Assembly: GCF_009914755.1 (NCBI RefSeq) | Contig: NC_060938.1 | Origin: the human T2T-CHM13v2.0 reference genome, Homo sapiens | DNA length: 64,000 nt | Direction: 5' to 3' (one strand) | In this document: positions 25,010-38,395 of the stretch, piece by piece | Numbering within the stretch: position 1 is the stretch's first letter | Layout of the letters: every line of letters starts with the position of its first letter | The notes under the pieces: generated by a model | Databases searched by the model: none | Told to the model about the DNA's origin: nothing | Seen by the model: the letters and a program-made list of their open reading frames with translations, nothing else | Made by a program: the position numbers and the translations under genes

Positions 25010-26934
25010 CTGACCCTATATGCAAAATGAGACTCCTGACCTCTCTTAAAGTGTCCTATTTTTCTTTTTTCTTTCCTTCTTCTTTTTTGAATTCCAAATC
25101 TCATGCTGTGTAAAGTGCATATTCATTTCAGGGACACTGTTTCATGTCTGTGTTACCACCTCCTTTTCCCTGGAGGGTAGGGTGTGTGTGGTCCTTTTGG
25201 TTTGAGAGTAAACTCAGTGCCTAGTACAGAACCTGGAACATAGTCAAAACTCAACAGATAGAATGTGAAGATGTAAATGGGAATCAATCTCTTTCTTCCA
25301 CTTCTCAGGTGTGGTGTGGGGGGACCTGGTTTTTGAACCTACAGCCCTAAGACTTGCTCTTCCTTTCTGCATAAACTCGGGCCAGTCTCTTGATTTCTTT
25401 GGGTCTTGATTGATTTTCTCCTGTGTAGAATGTGGATAATCACACTCTTTTCCCAGAGTGCAGTGAGAGTCAATGGAGAGAGAATTTGTGAAATGTCCTG
25501 CCCAGCCACAAAGCTGTGATTTGGTACATTTGCTGGTTCTGTCTCTCGGGTTTCACCATTTCCTGGAGTCTTAGCCCTCGGGAGGAAAGAGATGGAACCA
25601 AAGAAAAGGCTTTTTTTGGGTGGTTGGTGATGCGCTGGCTACACCACAGCCTTTGGCAAGGTGAACACATGGCCAGGTTTACTCTGGCGGTATTCCAACA
25701 TGATCCCTAGCCAAATCTGCCCTACTTCCCTCTGGAAGCCACTCTTAGACCAGCCATCTGGGGACACAGATAAAGATCTAAGTCCAGTGACAAAAGATTC
25801 AAAATAAACACTAAATAAAAGTGAGTCGAAAGGGATCAAAGTCAGCATTGATTTTGGTTCTAAGAGAGCTGGATAAGGCAGTTCCAACTTTCCAGTATAA
25901 CAATCAATAGGTGAGATTATGTGGAAATATTTATCATGTGACATTAACCTAAGGTATTTCTTATCAAAAACTGTCCCCACTTAAAAAACAAAACTGCTTG
26001 TTCATCTCATCCTTAGCTCAGAGACTTATATTCTCCCATACTACCTCTGTTCCCAACTCTCCAATTTGCCATTGGGTTCTACTGCTTTCCAAATGAATTA
26101 AAACAAACTAACAAACAACAAAAACAAGAAGCTTCTTCTGCTGTCGTCTGCTCCTTCGTGGTTTGCGCTCAGTGGCTTTGTTCATGTGCTTCTCTTTGCC
26201 CAGCTTGCTTTTCCTCTGAGAATCCTACTTTTGTCTTGTATCTGCTGGTCTGCTCATACGGTTAGCATAAAATACTGGCCCTCTCCCACAAACCCAACAC
26301 CAAAGAGGTCAGGAAATTAAGGAGTAAGCGAATGGACCTGAACAGTAATATAGACATTCCAAGGAACTCTGGGGAGACTGAGGGCAGTTATGCCTTAGCA
26401 TGGCCCCAAGGATGCCTGCATACCACATTTAGTGGGGTGGATATAAGAAGGGAGGTTGTGTATTTTATTTTTTATTTTTTCCATATTATACTTGGAATAT
26501 CTTTGCCAACCCTTTGACCTCTTTGAGACAGAAAAATAGCAAAGTCAACTCAGCCATGTTGGGGTCACTAAGGAAGTGTTACCCCTGAGGGCAAGATGGA
26601 GATGGCTGAACCAGCAGTGCAGTCAGAGAGACTGGCTGCTGGGGGCTTCCAGCTTCACTTCCTTCCTTCGCTGCAAAGGATGGAGGCAGGGAGACAACCT
26701 CTTGGGGAAGAGCCATGCCTGGCTACATGGACGGAAAGCTGCTGTAAGGTGAGGCTTTGGGGTTACAAAGTAAATGGGCTGGCCAAGCCCAGACTTTGGC
26801 ATAGGAGGTCTCTATTCTGGGCCACATATCTCACTCCTTCAACTCTTCAGGAGACTAGAAGCAAGGGCCTGAGAAGCACAATCACAGTAAAAGAAATGCT
26901 GCTCCTAACATGCAAGGATATTGGACGATGAAGC

Positions 26935-27830
26935 AGAAACAGGCAGTTACAAAGCAGAACCACGTGGAAAAACTAGGTATAAAATATGCAATACTGAATA
27001 TAAAGAGTTTAAGGAGTGGAATAAAAAGCACAATGGATACAACTTAAGGATAAATTAGTGAGCTAGAAGGTCAGTTTAAAGAACTCTCTGAGAAGGCAGG
27101 AGCAGGTAGAAAGAGTTACAAAAAGCAAAAAAGTTAAAATAAATAGAGGCTAGAGGCACATCTGTTGATATAAATAAAATAGGCAGTCATAGAAGGAGAG
27201 AAAAAATAAGGAGAGGAAGTATTTGAAAAGCAAATAATAATAGAATAAATGAATAAAAAGAGATTCATAGCCACAGTTCTTATGGAATGCCTAATAGAAT
27301 CTATAAGTAAAAAATCACTTAGACAACATAATTATATTTAAGTACATCAAAGGAAAAGAAAAAAGTGACAAGCTATCCAAGAGAACATACAGATCACCCA
27401 TACAGAAATAATATTTAGATTAAAATCTTATTTCTTAATAGCAACATTGAATAGAGAATTATTTTCAAAGTGTTAAATTAAACTCACTTTTAAGTTGTAA
27501 TCTTATACCAAGCTAAACTATCTCTCAACACACAGGCAATATAATGATATTTTTAAGTGAGTAAAGACTCAGAAAGTTTACTACCCCATCATGCCCTCTC
27601 TGAAAACATCCTTGAGAGAAGGGCACCTGAAGGAAGATGTTTTGAAAAATATGGATATTAAGGATGAGCACATAGATTGGTAAAATTTATTGCACTAAGT
27701 TTTACCCATGCACACACATGTCTGTGTGTGTTTAAAGTAATATCCAAAAAGAAGGAAGTAAAAAGATAATCTACAACATAAAAAATACAGTTAAAATTCT
27801 ACATAATATAACGTAATACCATCAAGTTTC
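26935..27830 (+). mobile_element. Decayed L1 ORF1-homologous element (HAL1 or L1ME-class)
   Basis: A-rich stretch with ORF1-like AAATTAGTGAGCTAGAAG, TATACCAAGCTAAACTATC and GACTCAGAAAGTTTACTACCC. No intact frame. Confidence 0.6.
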
Positions 27831-29994
27831 CTGTGGTGAGAGGAGGGAATGGGGTTAGGAACAATGTCTGGGCAACTAGCAAAAGGTGAAGACAGCCAAA
27901 ACCTTTTTATTCTGGAGAAAGATCTTGATCTAGGTTCTCTCTGGTTTGTCCACCATCGCAAAGCCTGGTTTTACATCCTGGCTTCTCTATTCTATGCCTG
28001 TGCCACTTTCTGGACATTTCTCCAATCCTTGGTTTCTCATCTCCAAATCCTGGATAATGAGGCCAGCCATGATAGGTTATTCATGGAACTTTGATATAGA
28101 GCCTGGCTCCCACTGGATGACAGCCCTAGGTACTGTACAGATGTTAGCCCTCTTTGTCACAACCCAGAAAAGTATCCTTTTTGACAGTAAAAATGTAGCT
28201 TATGTGTCATCCTCTTTCCCAGACCTTGGCACAAGGTATGCAGCAGTAGGACACTCTTCTCATCTTTGGAGGCTGAAGTAGCTTAGAGGTATAAAGGGGT
28301 AAGTCAGATCTGAAAATCCAGTTTATTTCATTCAATTTTGCAAATACAATTTACAAACTTGCCTTTTCAACCAAATATGTGTATATGGCTGAAGAAATCG
28401 GGGCTCCTGCAGTGCCATTAATTGCCCAGTTTGTTTCTTGGGAGTAGAGCATGGGCACTAACACATGTTCATTAGACGTCTTAATTGGAAGCAAAAATCA
28501 CCATGGACACCATGGACACGATTTAAAAAGAGTAAAGCATGCTGGTCAGTTTTCATTTGGATTTTGTTTTATTTCATTTTATTCCCAATTCTCCCAAAGC
28601 CCAGGAACAGCAGTTCACGATAAAAAATAATGGCCTGAGAAATGTCCTTCTGTAACATCCCCACAGCTGTGTGAGTTTGCATAACTCGAATGTGCCTAGT
28701 GGGACCCATTTTGTTCTCTGGCCCTGCTGAGAGTGAGTTGGGGTGCCTACATGTGAGTGGCTTGGATCCCCACAACTGCTACCCTGGGACAGCCCAGAAG
28801 ATGGTCTTAAGAGAACAATATCTTCCCTTTTGCTTCTCTGCTTTATTGCACTTGTTCAAGTGACAGCATTCCAGAGTTCCCATCCTCTTGTCTGGATGTC
28901 CTGCCAGGGGGCCCTAGAAAAAGTCTTTATATCTCCAAAGATAATAGAGCAACTTGCCACTGCCACTTGTCTTTCTACCCCCACCGTGTAGATTTCCCCT
29001 GGATCCTGGAATGACAAAAGGTTCCAAACGTGATAAAGGACTTCAATGGGATTGGACACGAAGAGGTGTGCGGCAAGCCCTCCTATCTCTTGGCACTTTT
29101 CTCTTTATTCTTTGATTAAAGTCTTTTCCCTTACTTACATCCCCCATTAAGATGTCTCAGTGTCATTTAGGGTGTTAATTGAGAGGAGGTTTAAGCTCAT
29201 CAAAGCGATTATAAGTGATAGTTAAAAATTTCTATATATGGCCTGTGCTGGAATCGGCACGGTGGGGTGCCATTTTTTCTTTTATCCAACTGACATTGGT
29301 AATAATAGATGAAATTATTACTAAATCGCAGCTGCAGAGATGATATCATGATTTTTTGTGTGTAATCTTTGATGAAAAATTAATTTTTGAGAGGGATAAT
29401 TTAAAATGATTTAAATAGTATTATACTGAAGTCCTTGCTGGTAATTAACACCAATCTTGTCAGAAGGGAAACCACTTTTGCAGCTGTTTCTAAAGATACC
29501 TACAGTATTTGTAACTTTTCTGCGAGTAAAATTATAGTGTTTGGACTTTATTTTTACTGCACAAGGACCATTAGAAGAAAAGGCGTCAGATAGAAACCTT
29601 TGTTCTCTGAGACCTGAGTCCTGTTTTGTATTTGAAGGCCCTGATCAATGCCTGTTTAATCATCGCTAGACTATGGACCAGAGTAAGGCTGGGTCTTTAT
29701 TTTTATTTTTTCAATATATAAAAGTATTCATAGTGGATGCTGCATACATACCTCTCTTTAGTTCTTAATTATTAGTTACGTAAGAGCATACTACTTGATG
29801 TGCACAGGATTTAATTAACAGAACAGATGGCTGCTGGTCAGAATATTCCTTCATCTTCATCAGTGCCTTGACTTTCTTCAAAATCCACTTCTTTCATCAT
29901 GGTGGCAAAAGCTTTCTAACATGGAACAGCTGAAAATAGATTTTTCTTCACTAGTTTCTTCATACTTTAAATGACAGAAGTGAGAGAGTGAGGG

Positions 29995-30020
29995 GTGTGT
30001 GTGTGTGTGTGTGTGTGTGT
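29995..30020 (+). repeat. (TG)n microsatellite
   Basis: About 12 TG units. Confidence 0.9.
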
Positions 30021-31612
30021 ATTGTGTCCTACGTATAAAGACCAGCAAGAGAATAAAAAAAGAAATATAGTGAAATTTAAATAGCAAAAAAAAAAAAAAA
30101 AATTGAATGAGAAAGTGGGATAACTGCACAGTCTTCTGAGTCCTGAGTTTTGCTTTCTTCTTTTTTAACAGGCACGGTGATTTTTCTGACAAGATATATG
30201 GCACTAGATATCCACGGCAATCTCAGTATCTGCCACCTTGTGATTTCTTTCCCCCTCAACTTTGTGCTGAGAATGGGAGAAAAGGAATGAGTAAAGGGAA
30301 AAATGGGAGAAAGGAGGAAGGGAAGGAGGGAGGGGTGAGAGATGGCAGGAGGTCTTGAAAATTGTTATGCAGGGTGTCTGTTCATTAAAATAGGAGCTAC
30401 GGCCTCAGCTCCTGCCGTGGGTGCAATTTTATTTCACCAGGATGCAATTGTCACTCTATATGTTTCCATCAAGAAAAGAAAGACAGAAACATGTTTTTTG
30501 TTGTTGTTGTTGTTTTCTTAAAGTCCCTTTTGCAAGCAGAAAAGACAGTTTATTGGTGGAGGTGTGGCATGCATGCCTGTGAAGTTTGCAATATGGAGAT
30601 GCCGGCAGGTAAGATTGTGTTTCTCATGGCAATGTAAGAAGGTGGAGGGCCCTCGGCAGGCCCGTGGGAAAGTGCATCAGCCACAAGGCCTTAGGGGACC
30701 CCTGAGAGGAGGAGACCTCTGGGAATGAAGAGCTTTACCCCTGCAGGGTGAGAAGTGGGTCGGGCAAAGAAACCAGGCTGCCATTTTGCAGCTGTTAAGC
30801 CTAAATCATATCTCTTGTTTCAAGTTGACTCTTTCTGAGTGCTTCCGTGTGCCAAGCACATTGCAGGTATTAGGAACTGAATCTTCCTATAAAATCCAGG
30901 AGGTGGGGGGCATCATCATGCTGCCATAAATGACAACAGAGGCATGGTGAGGTAAGCGGCCTGCCTAAATCACACAGTGTGGCTCCCGGTCAAAGAGGAG
31001 AGTGAGGGATGGGGGATGTCAGGGCTAGGACTTTAGAAGGTACACAGTGAATGTTGGTGAAAAAAGTGGGTGAATTTACTTCCCTTCTCACAGCCCTATG
31101 AATACCCAAACTCCTCTCTCCTTCAATCCTCCCAAACTCCTCTAACCTTCAATCACCTCTGATTCTAAAACCCATAGATTTTAGGATTAGAAATGCAAGC
31201 TCTTAATATTCTTCAAGACCATGCTCTGATGTTATCAGCTTCTACCATAGAATCAGGAGCCCTTTCCTCTGAAAATATGTCCATGCTTATGGTAACCCTT
31301 ACCCGATTTTATTTTACTTATTTGTTTTTAGGTTTGTCTTTCCTGCTAGACTATTAAGTTTCCTGACGGCAGAGACCAAGAATGTATTCACTTATGCATT
31401 TATTGCTTTCATTTCTCATTCATTCATTCATTCAACAAATACTTCCTAAGGACTTACTGTGCACTGGGTTTGGCACTGAGGATGATACAAAGATAGAAGA
31501 TGCAGCCTCTGCTTTCCAATTGCTTACAGCCTGGTGGGAAACAGACTAGTGGCATAACTGAATGAATGACTTCCTGAATGAATGACAACAATATAAAATC
31601 TGATATACTTTA

Positions 31613-31825
31613 GAGGGAAGATTGGCCAACTTTCTATCTAAAGGACCAGATAGTAAATATTTTAGGCCTTGCAGGCCATACAGAGTCCATGGCAACTGCT
31701 CAATTTTGCCATTGTAGTACAAAAACATCCTCAGATAGCACGTAATATGAATAGGGGTGACAATTTCGATACAGCTTTATTTACAAAAACAGGCAGTAGC
31801 CCAGGCCTGAAAACCACAGTCCCCT
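31613..31825 (+). mobile_element. MER58A hAT-Charlie MITE
   Basis: TAAAGGACCAGATAGTAAATATTTTAGGCCTTGCAGGCCATA...CTTTATTTACAAAAACAGGC. Confidence 0.85.
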
Positions 31826-34469
31826 GGGCTTGGCATAGACTTAATCCAATTGAAGATCAAGATAAATATTATTCCCCAGTCCATCTGCAGGAGCTGCAGC
31901 AAAGGTCAGAGGGAGTTGGTTGGGGGTTGGTTGCCCTAAGATCGTCATATGACTAAGGGGCAGGTAGACCTATTTGTCACTGAGTACTTGGAAGGGAAGA
32001 AATGGTGTGGATTGATGCAAAGGAATTTCACCTGTTCACAGACTTCAGTTCTTTGCTCTCCCTGGGCTCAGACAGTCCTGAGAAAACTTGCAGGAAGGCT
32101 CATTCATTTGGCAAGGCCAGAGGGCGAGGCAGGCGTGGGTAGGGAGTGCCGAGCCAGACCAGCCAGCAAGCCCAGATCCTGCGTGTCTATCAATGTCCCT
32201 GTGAGAGCATGCCATTAGGCTGCAGTAAAAACCTGGGGATGCATCATGCCCTTGTCTGCTCCCAACACACCCTTCCTTTTGCTGGCACGTTTCCAGAGGA
32301 GGATCCAGCATCTTGAAGCCTGGACGAGTTTGGTCAGTCTCGGCTGGGTGGTCAGGGCTCTCACTGAAGGGGTCGTAGCCTGCTTCTCCATCACTGTTCT
32401 CTATCTACTTGGTCATTGTCCCCACATGCATGTCCACACTTTTAGGACTCCAGATGGGGCAAAGGGACATTGTGTGCTACAATGTGGGACATCCATGGGC
32501 CTGGAAAAAGGCTGACCCATTTTAATGAGTACAGGTATTCCAGATGCAGAAGCAGGTGCCTTCACTTCCTTCACAGTCCTAGGTACTGTGTCTCCATTCC
32601 ACAGAGGAGGCTAATGAGAGTCAGAGGTAAGACAGTGTGCCGAATGTCTAGGTAATCCACATGCTGTGACTACAAAGTTGATACATACCCAGAGTCAGCG
32701 ACCATTAATGTCCATTCCAGCAGGTACAGCTTAACCACGTTTCAGGTCTCTGTTCAAAGATCACCTCTTTCCTGAAGCCCTCACCAATTGTCTCCATATG
32801 CCCACACTTCTTCTCATCTGAGTGCCCAAATGACTGTCTGTACCTCTCATGTGTGCGCAGTCATCATCTATCTTGTGTTCCAGGTAGTCGTGTATGAGCC
32901 ACCTCTCAAACAGGCTGTGAGTGATCCAGGTGCAGGGGACCTGCTGGAGTGAAGCTTTTGGCATGATGTAAGCATCCAATGTGCGCGTGTAGAATTAAGT
33001 GAATAGAAGAAGAAATGAATTAGATAAATATAAAGACCAAGTAGATAATGGTCTCCAAGTCCCCAAGTATCCCCTTCTCCTGTAAAAAGAAACTGATTCC
33101 ATTTAGAAGAAGAAGGAAGAAGGCTCATAACAGGATGAATCAGATGGGGATGTGGGGCTTGAAGGAAGCAATGACACAACTGGGTTCGAATCCCACTCGG
33201 GCCCCGGCCAGTGGCATGTGTGTGAGCATGGGTGTTCTCCCAATCTCCCTAAATTCTCTTTCTTCATATCCTTGTCACCTGGGATGTTTGGAGGGATGCT
33301 GTGCCAACAAAATTAGCCTGATGAACATAAGTGCTGGTCTGATAAATAATCAATAATTCATGGGATTCTGGGTTTGTCTTGGTGGCTTGTGGATCTTAGA
33401 CTGCAAGCTCCATGACAGTAGGAAACGTGCACACTTTGCTCATTTCTACATTCCAGAACCCAGCAGAGTTCCCAGCACTTATAAAGTAGGGCTAAGTAGA
33501 TACTTATCTTGAATAAAGGAATGAATAAGCTGCTTGTTTGTACTTTTCAGAGTCATGGCCTGCCTCGATGAGGACTTGGTTGGGTGTTCATCCCACCTGC
33601 ATCCTAGGCAGGCTATATGGTCTCTTGCTGCCCAGCCTGGCCCCCTAAGGTGGGAGGGTCACAGAGGCAACCCTAGGAGAGTGGTGGGCTGAGCCTGTGC
33701 AACTCCTGCCTCCCTGAGAGGCCCTCCCCAGACTGTGGGAACACTGCTGAGGACCTCAGGGAAGGCATCCTGGAATGGTGGCTGTCTCAGGCTGACTGCC
33801 TGAGGGCCAGGGCTCTGCCAACTCTCATGTCAGACTTGCCTACACAGGCTGGCACCTTCCAGAGCTAACACTGAGCCCATCTTCCTCAGGGCTCGCACAG
33901 GGCACCTTATCCTCTTGATTGGCTGGGTCTTGCACCTTTTAAGAGGGCAGATTTTGAGCATGTTCTCTACCACACCCTTTTCCACCCCCTTCGTGCATGG
34001 GGAATGAGCTGATAGAGGCCTCCCTTTGATGGAACTCGGGTGGGAATCAGATGGGAACTGAGCCCAAGGAGATTAGGCCCCAACAGGGTGGATTAATCAT
34101 TCCAGCCATCACCCTAGCAAGGGCAGCATGACTCACAGTGAGCAAACCATATTGCCGATGGCAAATTGGAGGACCTTTGTCGCTACAGGACCAAATCTCC
34201 CTACTCTTACACACGAGATGTGTGTGCTCTTTGGTCTTGGAATTTGTTTACCACCTTTCCAGCTGGAGCAATACTGGGCAAGGAGCAGGCATCCTGTGAA
34301 TTTACTGAATGAATCTGCAACTATGTTTTGGGTTTGATTTTAAGATTATGCACACTTGTGGACCTATCGCAAACAGACTAAGAACTGAGCCTAATGACAT
34401 AAATTTTCCATCACTACTCAAAGTCATAAAGTACTAACTGATTGAGAAACATTCCTTATGGGCTCACTA

Positions 34470-35010
34470 GCTGAGTTTCTTGACCTTGGCACTATGGAAA
34501 TTTAGGGCTTGTCTAAGTCTATTTGGGCTATTATAACAAATATACATCTTGTTTGGATGGCAAGAAAAAACATTTCTTGCTCACAGTTCTGGAGGTTGAG
34601 AAGTCCAAGATCAATGTGCTGGCAAATCTGGTGTTTAGTGAGGGCTGGCTTCCTGGTATGCAGACATAGGAGAAGGGGGGGTGGGTGGGGGGAGAGACAG
34701 AGAGAGAGAACGATTTTATGTCTCTTCTTATAAAGGCACTAATGCCATTCATGAGGGTTCCACCCTCTCAACCTAATTACCTTCCAAAGGTCCCACTGGC
34801 TAATACCATCACATTGAGGGGTTAGGGGTTTAACATATGGATTTGGGGGCACACAAACTTTCAATCTGCAAAATTCATCAGCATCCCTAGTTTCTACCCA
34901 CTAGATTCCAGTAGTACCATCTTCACCTTCCCACTTGTGATAATCAAAAATGTCTCCAGAAATATCTTATAAAATGTCCCTTGGAGGGCAAAATATTGAG
35001 AAGCACTCCT
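34470..35010 (+). mobile_element. MER20 hAT MITE (34470-34509 and about 34868-35010), split by a MaLR LTR
   Basis: TTTCTTGACCTTGGCACTATGGAAATTTAGGGC on the left; AGCATCCCTAGTTTCTACCCACTAGATTCCAGTAG...AAAATGTCTCCAGA...TTGAGAAGCACT on the right. Confidence 0.75.
34510..34867 (-). mobile_element. MSTD/MLT1A1-type MaLR solo LTR
   Basis: TGTCTAAGTCTATTTGGGCT...CTCACAGTTCTGGAGGTTGAGAAGTCCAAGATCAA...TAATACCATCACATTG. Confidence 0.75.
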
Positions 35011-35368
35011 CTGGGAAAGGTTTCTGAACTCCTCAAGAAAGAGGCACTAATTTTGCACCCTGTATCTTTTGGAATGTGTCATGTCCTACCAGGTCTCGAA
35101 CTTTCCTTAGGGCTGAGATGGATACTCAATGGAATCAGTCCATCTTGTCCCTAAATTGAGACACATAGATTTAAGAGACAGAATACATCCTCTCTCACCC
35201 CTGAACACCAACCCCTCCAGCCATTGTTTCTGCATGTATTGCCCTTCAAATTTTTCTCTTTGCTGCCTCTCTGAATCCTTGTCTGTGGAAGTCCTGCTAA
35301 TTCACTAAGGTCCAGCTTCAATCTCATCTCTTACATCAGATAGTTACCAATCCTGGTGAAATGTGCTT

Positions 35369-37909
35369 TGCTATGATCTGGATGTCTGTGTGCCTCCAAA
35401 TTTATATGTTGAAACTTTAATCTCCAAGGTGATAGTTTTAGGAGGTGGGCCTTTTATGTCATGCAGCAATGCCCTCATAAATAAGATTAGTGCCTTTATA
35501 AAAGAGCCCCTAGAGACCTGCCTTGCCCCTTCAACCACATGAGTGCTTCATGAGAAATCATCATCTATGATCCAGGAAATGGCCCCTCATTAGACACCAA
35601 ATCCGTTGTCACCTTGATCTTGGGCTTCCAAGCCCCTAGAGCTGTGAGAAATAAATTTTTGTTGCTTATAAGCTATTGTTTATGGCATTTTGTTAAAGAA
35701 AGCCAAATAGAGTAAGACAAAAACTGGTACTGAGAAATGGGTAAGCTGCTGTAACCAATACCTAAAAATAGATAATTGCCTTTGGAATTAAAAGAGTTGT
35801 GAAGTGCCTACTAAAAAAAGCCTACATTCTTAAGAACAGACTATTAAGGATGATCCTGGTGAGTGCTCAAAAGGAGAAGAGAAGAGCTTTAGAGAAAGCC
35901 TCAAGCTTCTTAGAGAATACCTAAGTGGTGGTTAACAGAATGGTGGTAGAAACATAGATGGTACAGATCGTTCTGATTAGGTCTCAGACCAAAAGGAGGA
36001 AAACATTATTGGACAATAGAGAAAATCATCCTTGTGAAAAAGTGGCAAAGAAATTGGCTGTATTATATTTGCATCTTAGTGTTTTGTGGAAGATAGAATT
36101 TGTGAACAATAAATTTGGAAATTTGGCAAAAGAAATTTCTAAGCAAAATGTTGAAGGTGTGACATGGCTTCTCTTGACTGCTTATCCTAAGATGTGAGAA
36201 GGTAGAAACAACTTAAAAATAACATTTTTAATCAAAAGAGAAGTACAACTTAAAGGTTTGAAAAATTATCAGTCTGTCCCCATTGTAAAATTAAGAAAGC
36301 ATGCTCTGGAGAGGACACCAAGGATGTGTCCAGGTGACCATTTGATAAGAAGATTAGTATGAATCAGCTAGGTGCTATTCATTAAGAAAATGGAAAAATG
36401 ACATGAAGGCATTTTGTCGATTATTGTTGCTGCTTTTACTAACACAAGCCTAAAGTGCAAAGGCCTTAGAGGCAATTCGATTTAAGAGGAAGAGTCAAGG
36501 ATGCCTGCAGGACATCAGCTTCCCAGGGCCACCTAAATACTTTGCTTCCTGCATTTTGGTGTAGTGCTCCTTGGATGACCCAGGTGTGGATCCAGTCAGC
36601 CCAGGTGTGGTACAGGCCACTGTGGCTGCCTCACCCGAGGGTACAGGCAGTAAACCTTGGAGGCAAACCTTGGCAATGTCCATGTTTTGCCATATTCATC
36701 AGTGTATAGAGTGCATGAGCTGCAGGGGTACGGCTACCTCCACTTAAATTTTAAAGAATGAAGCTGCCTAGAGCCTGGGGCACATGACCCAGGCATAGGA
36801 CCATTGCAGAGACAGAGTCACTAAAGGGTCCCCACCAGGGCAATGCCTAATAGAGATCTGGGGTGTAGCTGTCCCAGGACTCTAGACCAGTGGAGCTACT
36901 TGTCTGTGATTCTAGACTGTGGGAGCCACAAGCATGTGACTTCAACACATGAGAACTGCAGCATGGGCTATACTCAGCAAAACTGTTGGGGTGAGGTACA
37001 CTAAAGCCATGGGAGCAGGACCACCAGGAGTGTTGGGGACCCAACCCCTGCCTTAATGTTCCTGGAAGGTGGGAACTCTGACCAGCGGGCCTGAAGGGCA
37101 GAGCGTTGAGTCAAAGAAGATTATTCTGGAGGCTTAAGATTTAATGCTGTTTGCCCTGTTGGGTTTTGAAATCTTTGTGGAAACTGTAGTCCCTTTCTTC
37201 TTTCCTGTTTCTCTGTTTTGGAATGGAAATGTCTATCTTATTCCTGTTCCACTATTGGAGTTTGGAAGCACATAACTTATTTGATTTCACAGGTTCACAG
37301 CTGGAGAGCAATTTGCCTCAGGATAAATTCTACCTTGAGTCTCATCCATATCTAATTTAGATAATATTTAGATGAGACGCTGGAATTAGGCTTTACAGTT
37401 GATACTGGAATGAGTTAAAAATTTTGAGGCCATTGGGAGGGAATAATGTATTTTGCCTATGAGAAGGACATAAATTTGAGTGGGGGGCTGGGGCAGAATG
37501 CTATGATCTGAATACTTGTGTTCCCCCAAAATTTATATGTTGCAATTCTACCCCAAAGTGGGACCTTTATGGAGATGATTTAAATATAGGCCTCTGTTTC
37601 ACTAAAACGTATGTCAGTATGATTAAAAAAATGCTATGTATCTCATAGAATGTGATTCTGCCCTCATGAACGAAATTTGTGTCCTTATAAATATGCCCAA
37701 GGGACCTGGTTTATCCCTTTCACCATGTGAGGACAGAGCAAGAAGGTGGCCACTGCAACTCAGGAAAGGCAGTCTCATCAGACCTTGAATCTGCAGGTGC
37801 CTTGATCTTGGACTTCTCAACCTCCCGAACCATAAGAAATTAATTTCTGTAGTTTATAAGCTCCCCAGTTTATGATATTTTGTTATAGTAGCCCAAATGG
37901 ACTAAAACA
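35369..37909 (+). mobile_element. Full MLT1A-type MaLR provirus: 5' LTR 35369-35719, internal 35720-37498, 3' LTR 37499-37909
   Basis: Two direct LTRs, both starting TGCTATGATCTG and ending ...AAGACA / ...AAAACA. The internal region starts AAAACTGGTACTGAGAA, and a polypurine tract GGGGGGCTGGGGCAGAA precedes the 3' LTR. Confidence 0.85.
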
Positions 37910-38395
37910 TTACCTCTTCTGTATTCTCTAGTTGTCTTAAAAAATTCATTTTACCATTGATCTCAGTCTCTGTTCTAGCAGTTCTTATTGAATATGAGAC
38001 AAGAATTTTTGTATTGAGATTCAGCATGTCATATTTATTAAACTTATGAACCATGGAGGTGAACTGCTCTGAGCATAAGTTCCCTCTTCAGAATTTATGA
38101 CATGTGCAACTCTGAGAACATTGTTTAAACTCTCTAAGCCTCAGTTTACTCACATGTAAAATGAAAGCTCATAAGAATAAATACCAACTTCACATGCTTT
38201 TGTCCCTTAAAGAGATGGTATGTGGACATTGTTTAGTTGATATTCACTATCATTAAGACATAGCTGCCTGTTATAGTAGATTATGAAACCCTGGAGATCA
38301 AGGGATTTGTATTAGTCTAGCATAGTGTCTGGCACATAGTAGGTATCCAATAATATGTATAAAATTGAATTACAAATCTTTCTCAGGTTTAAATA

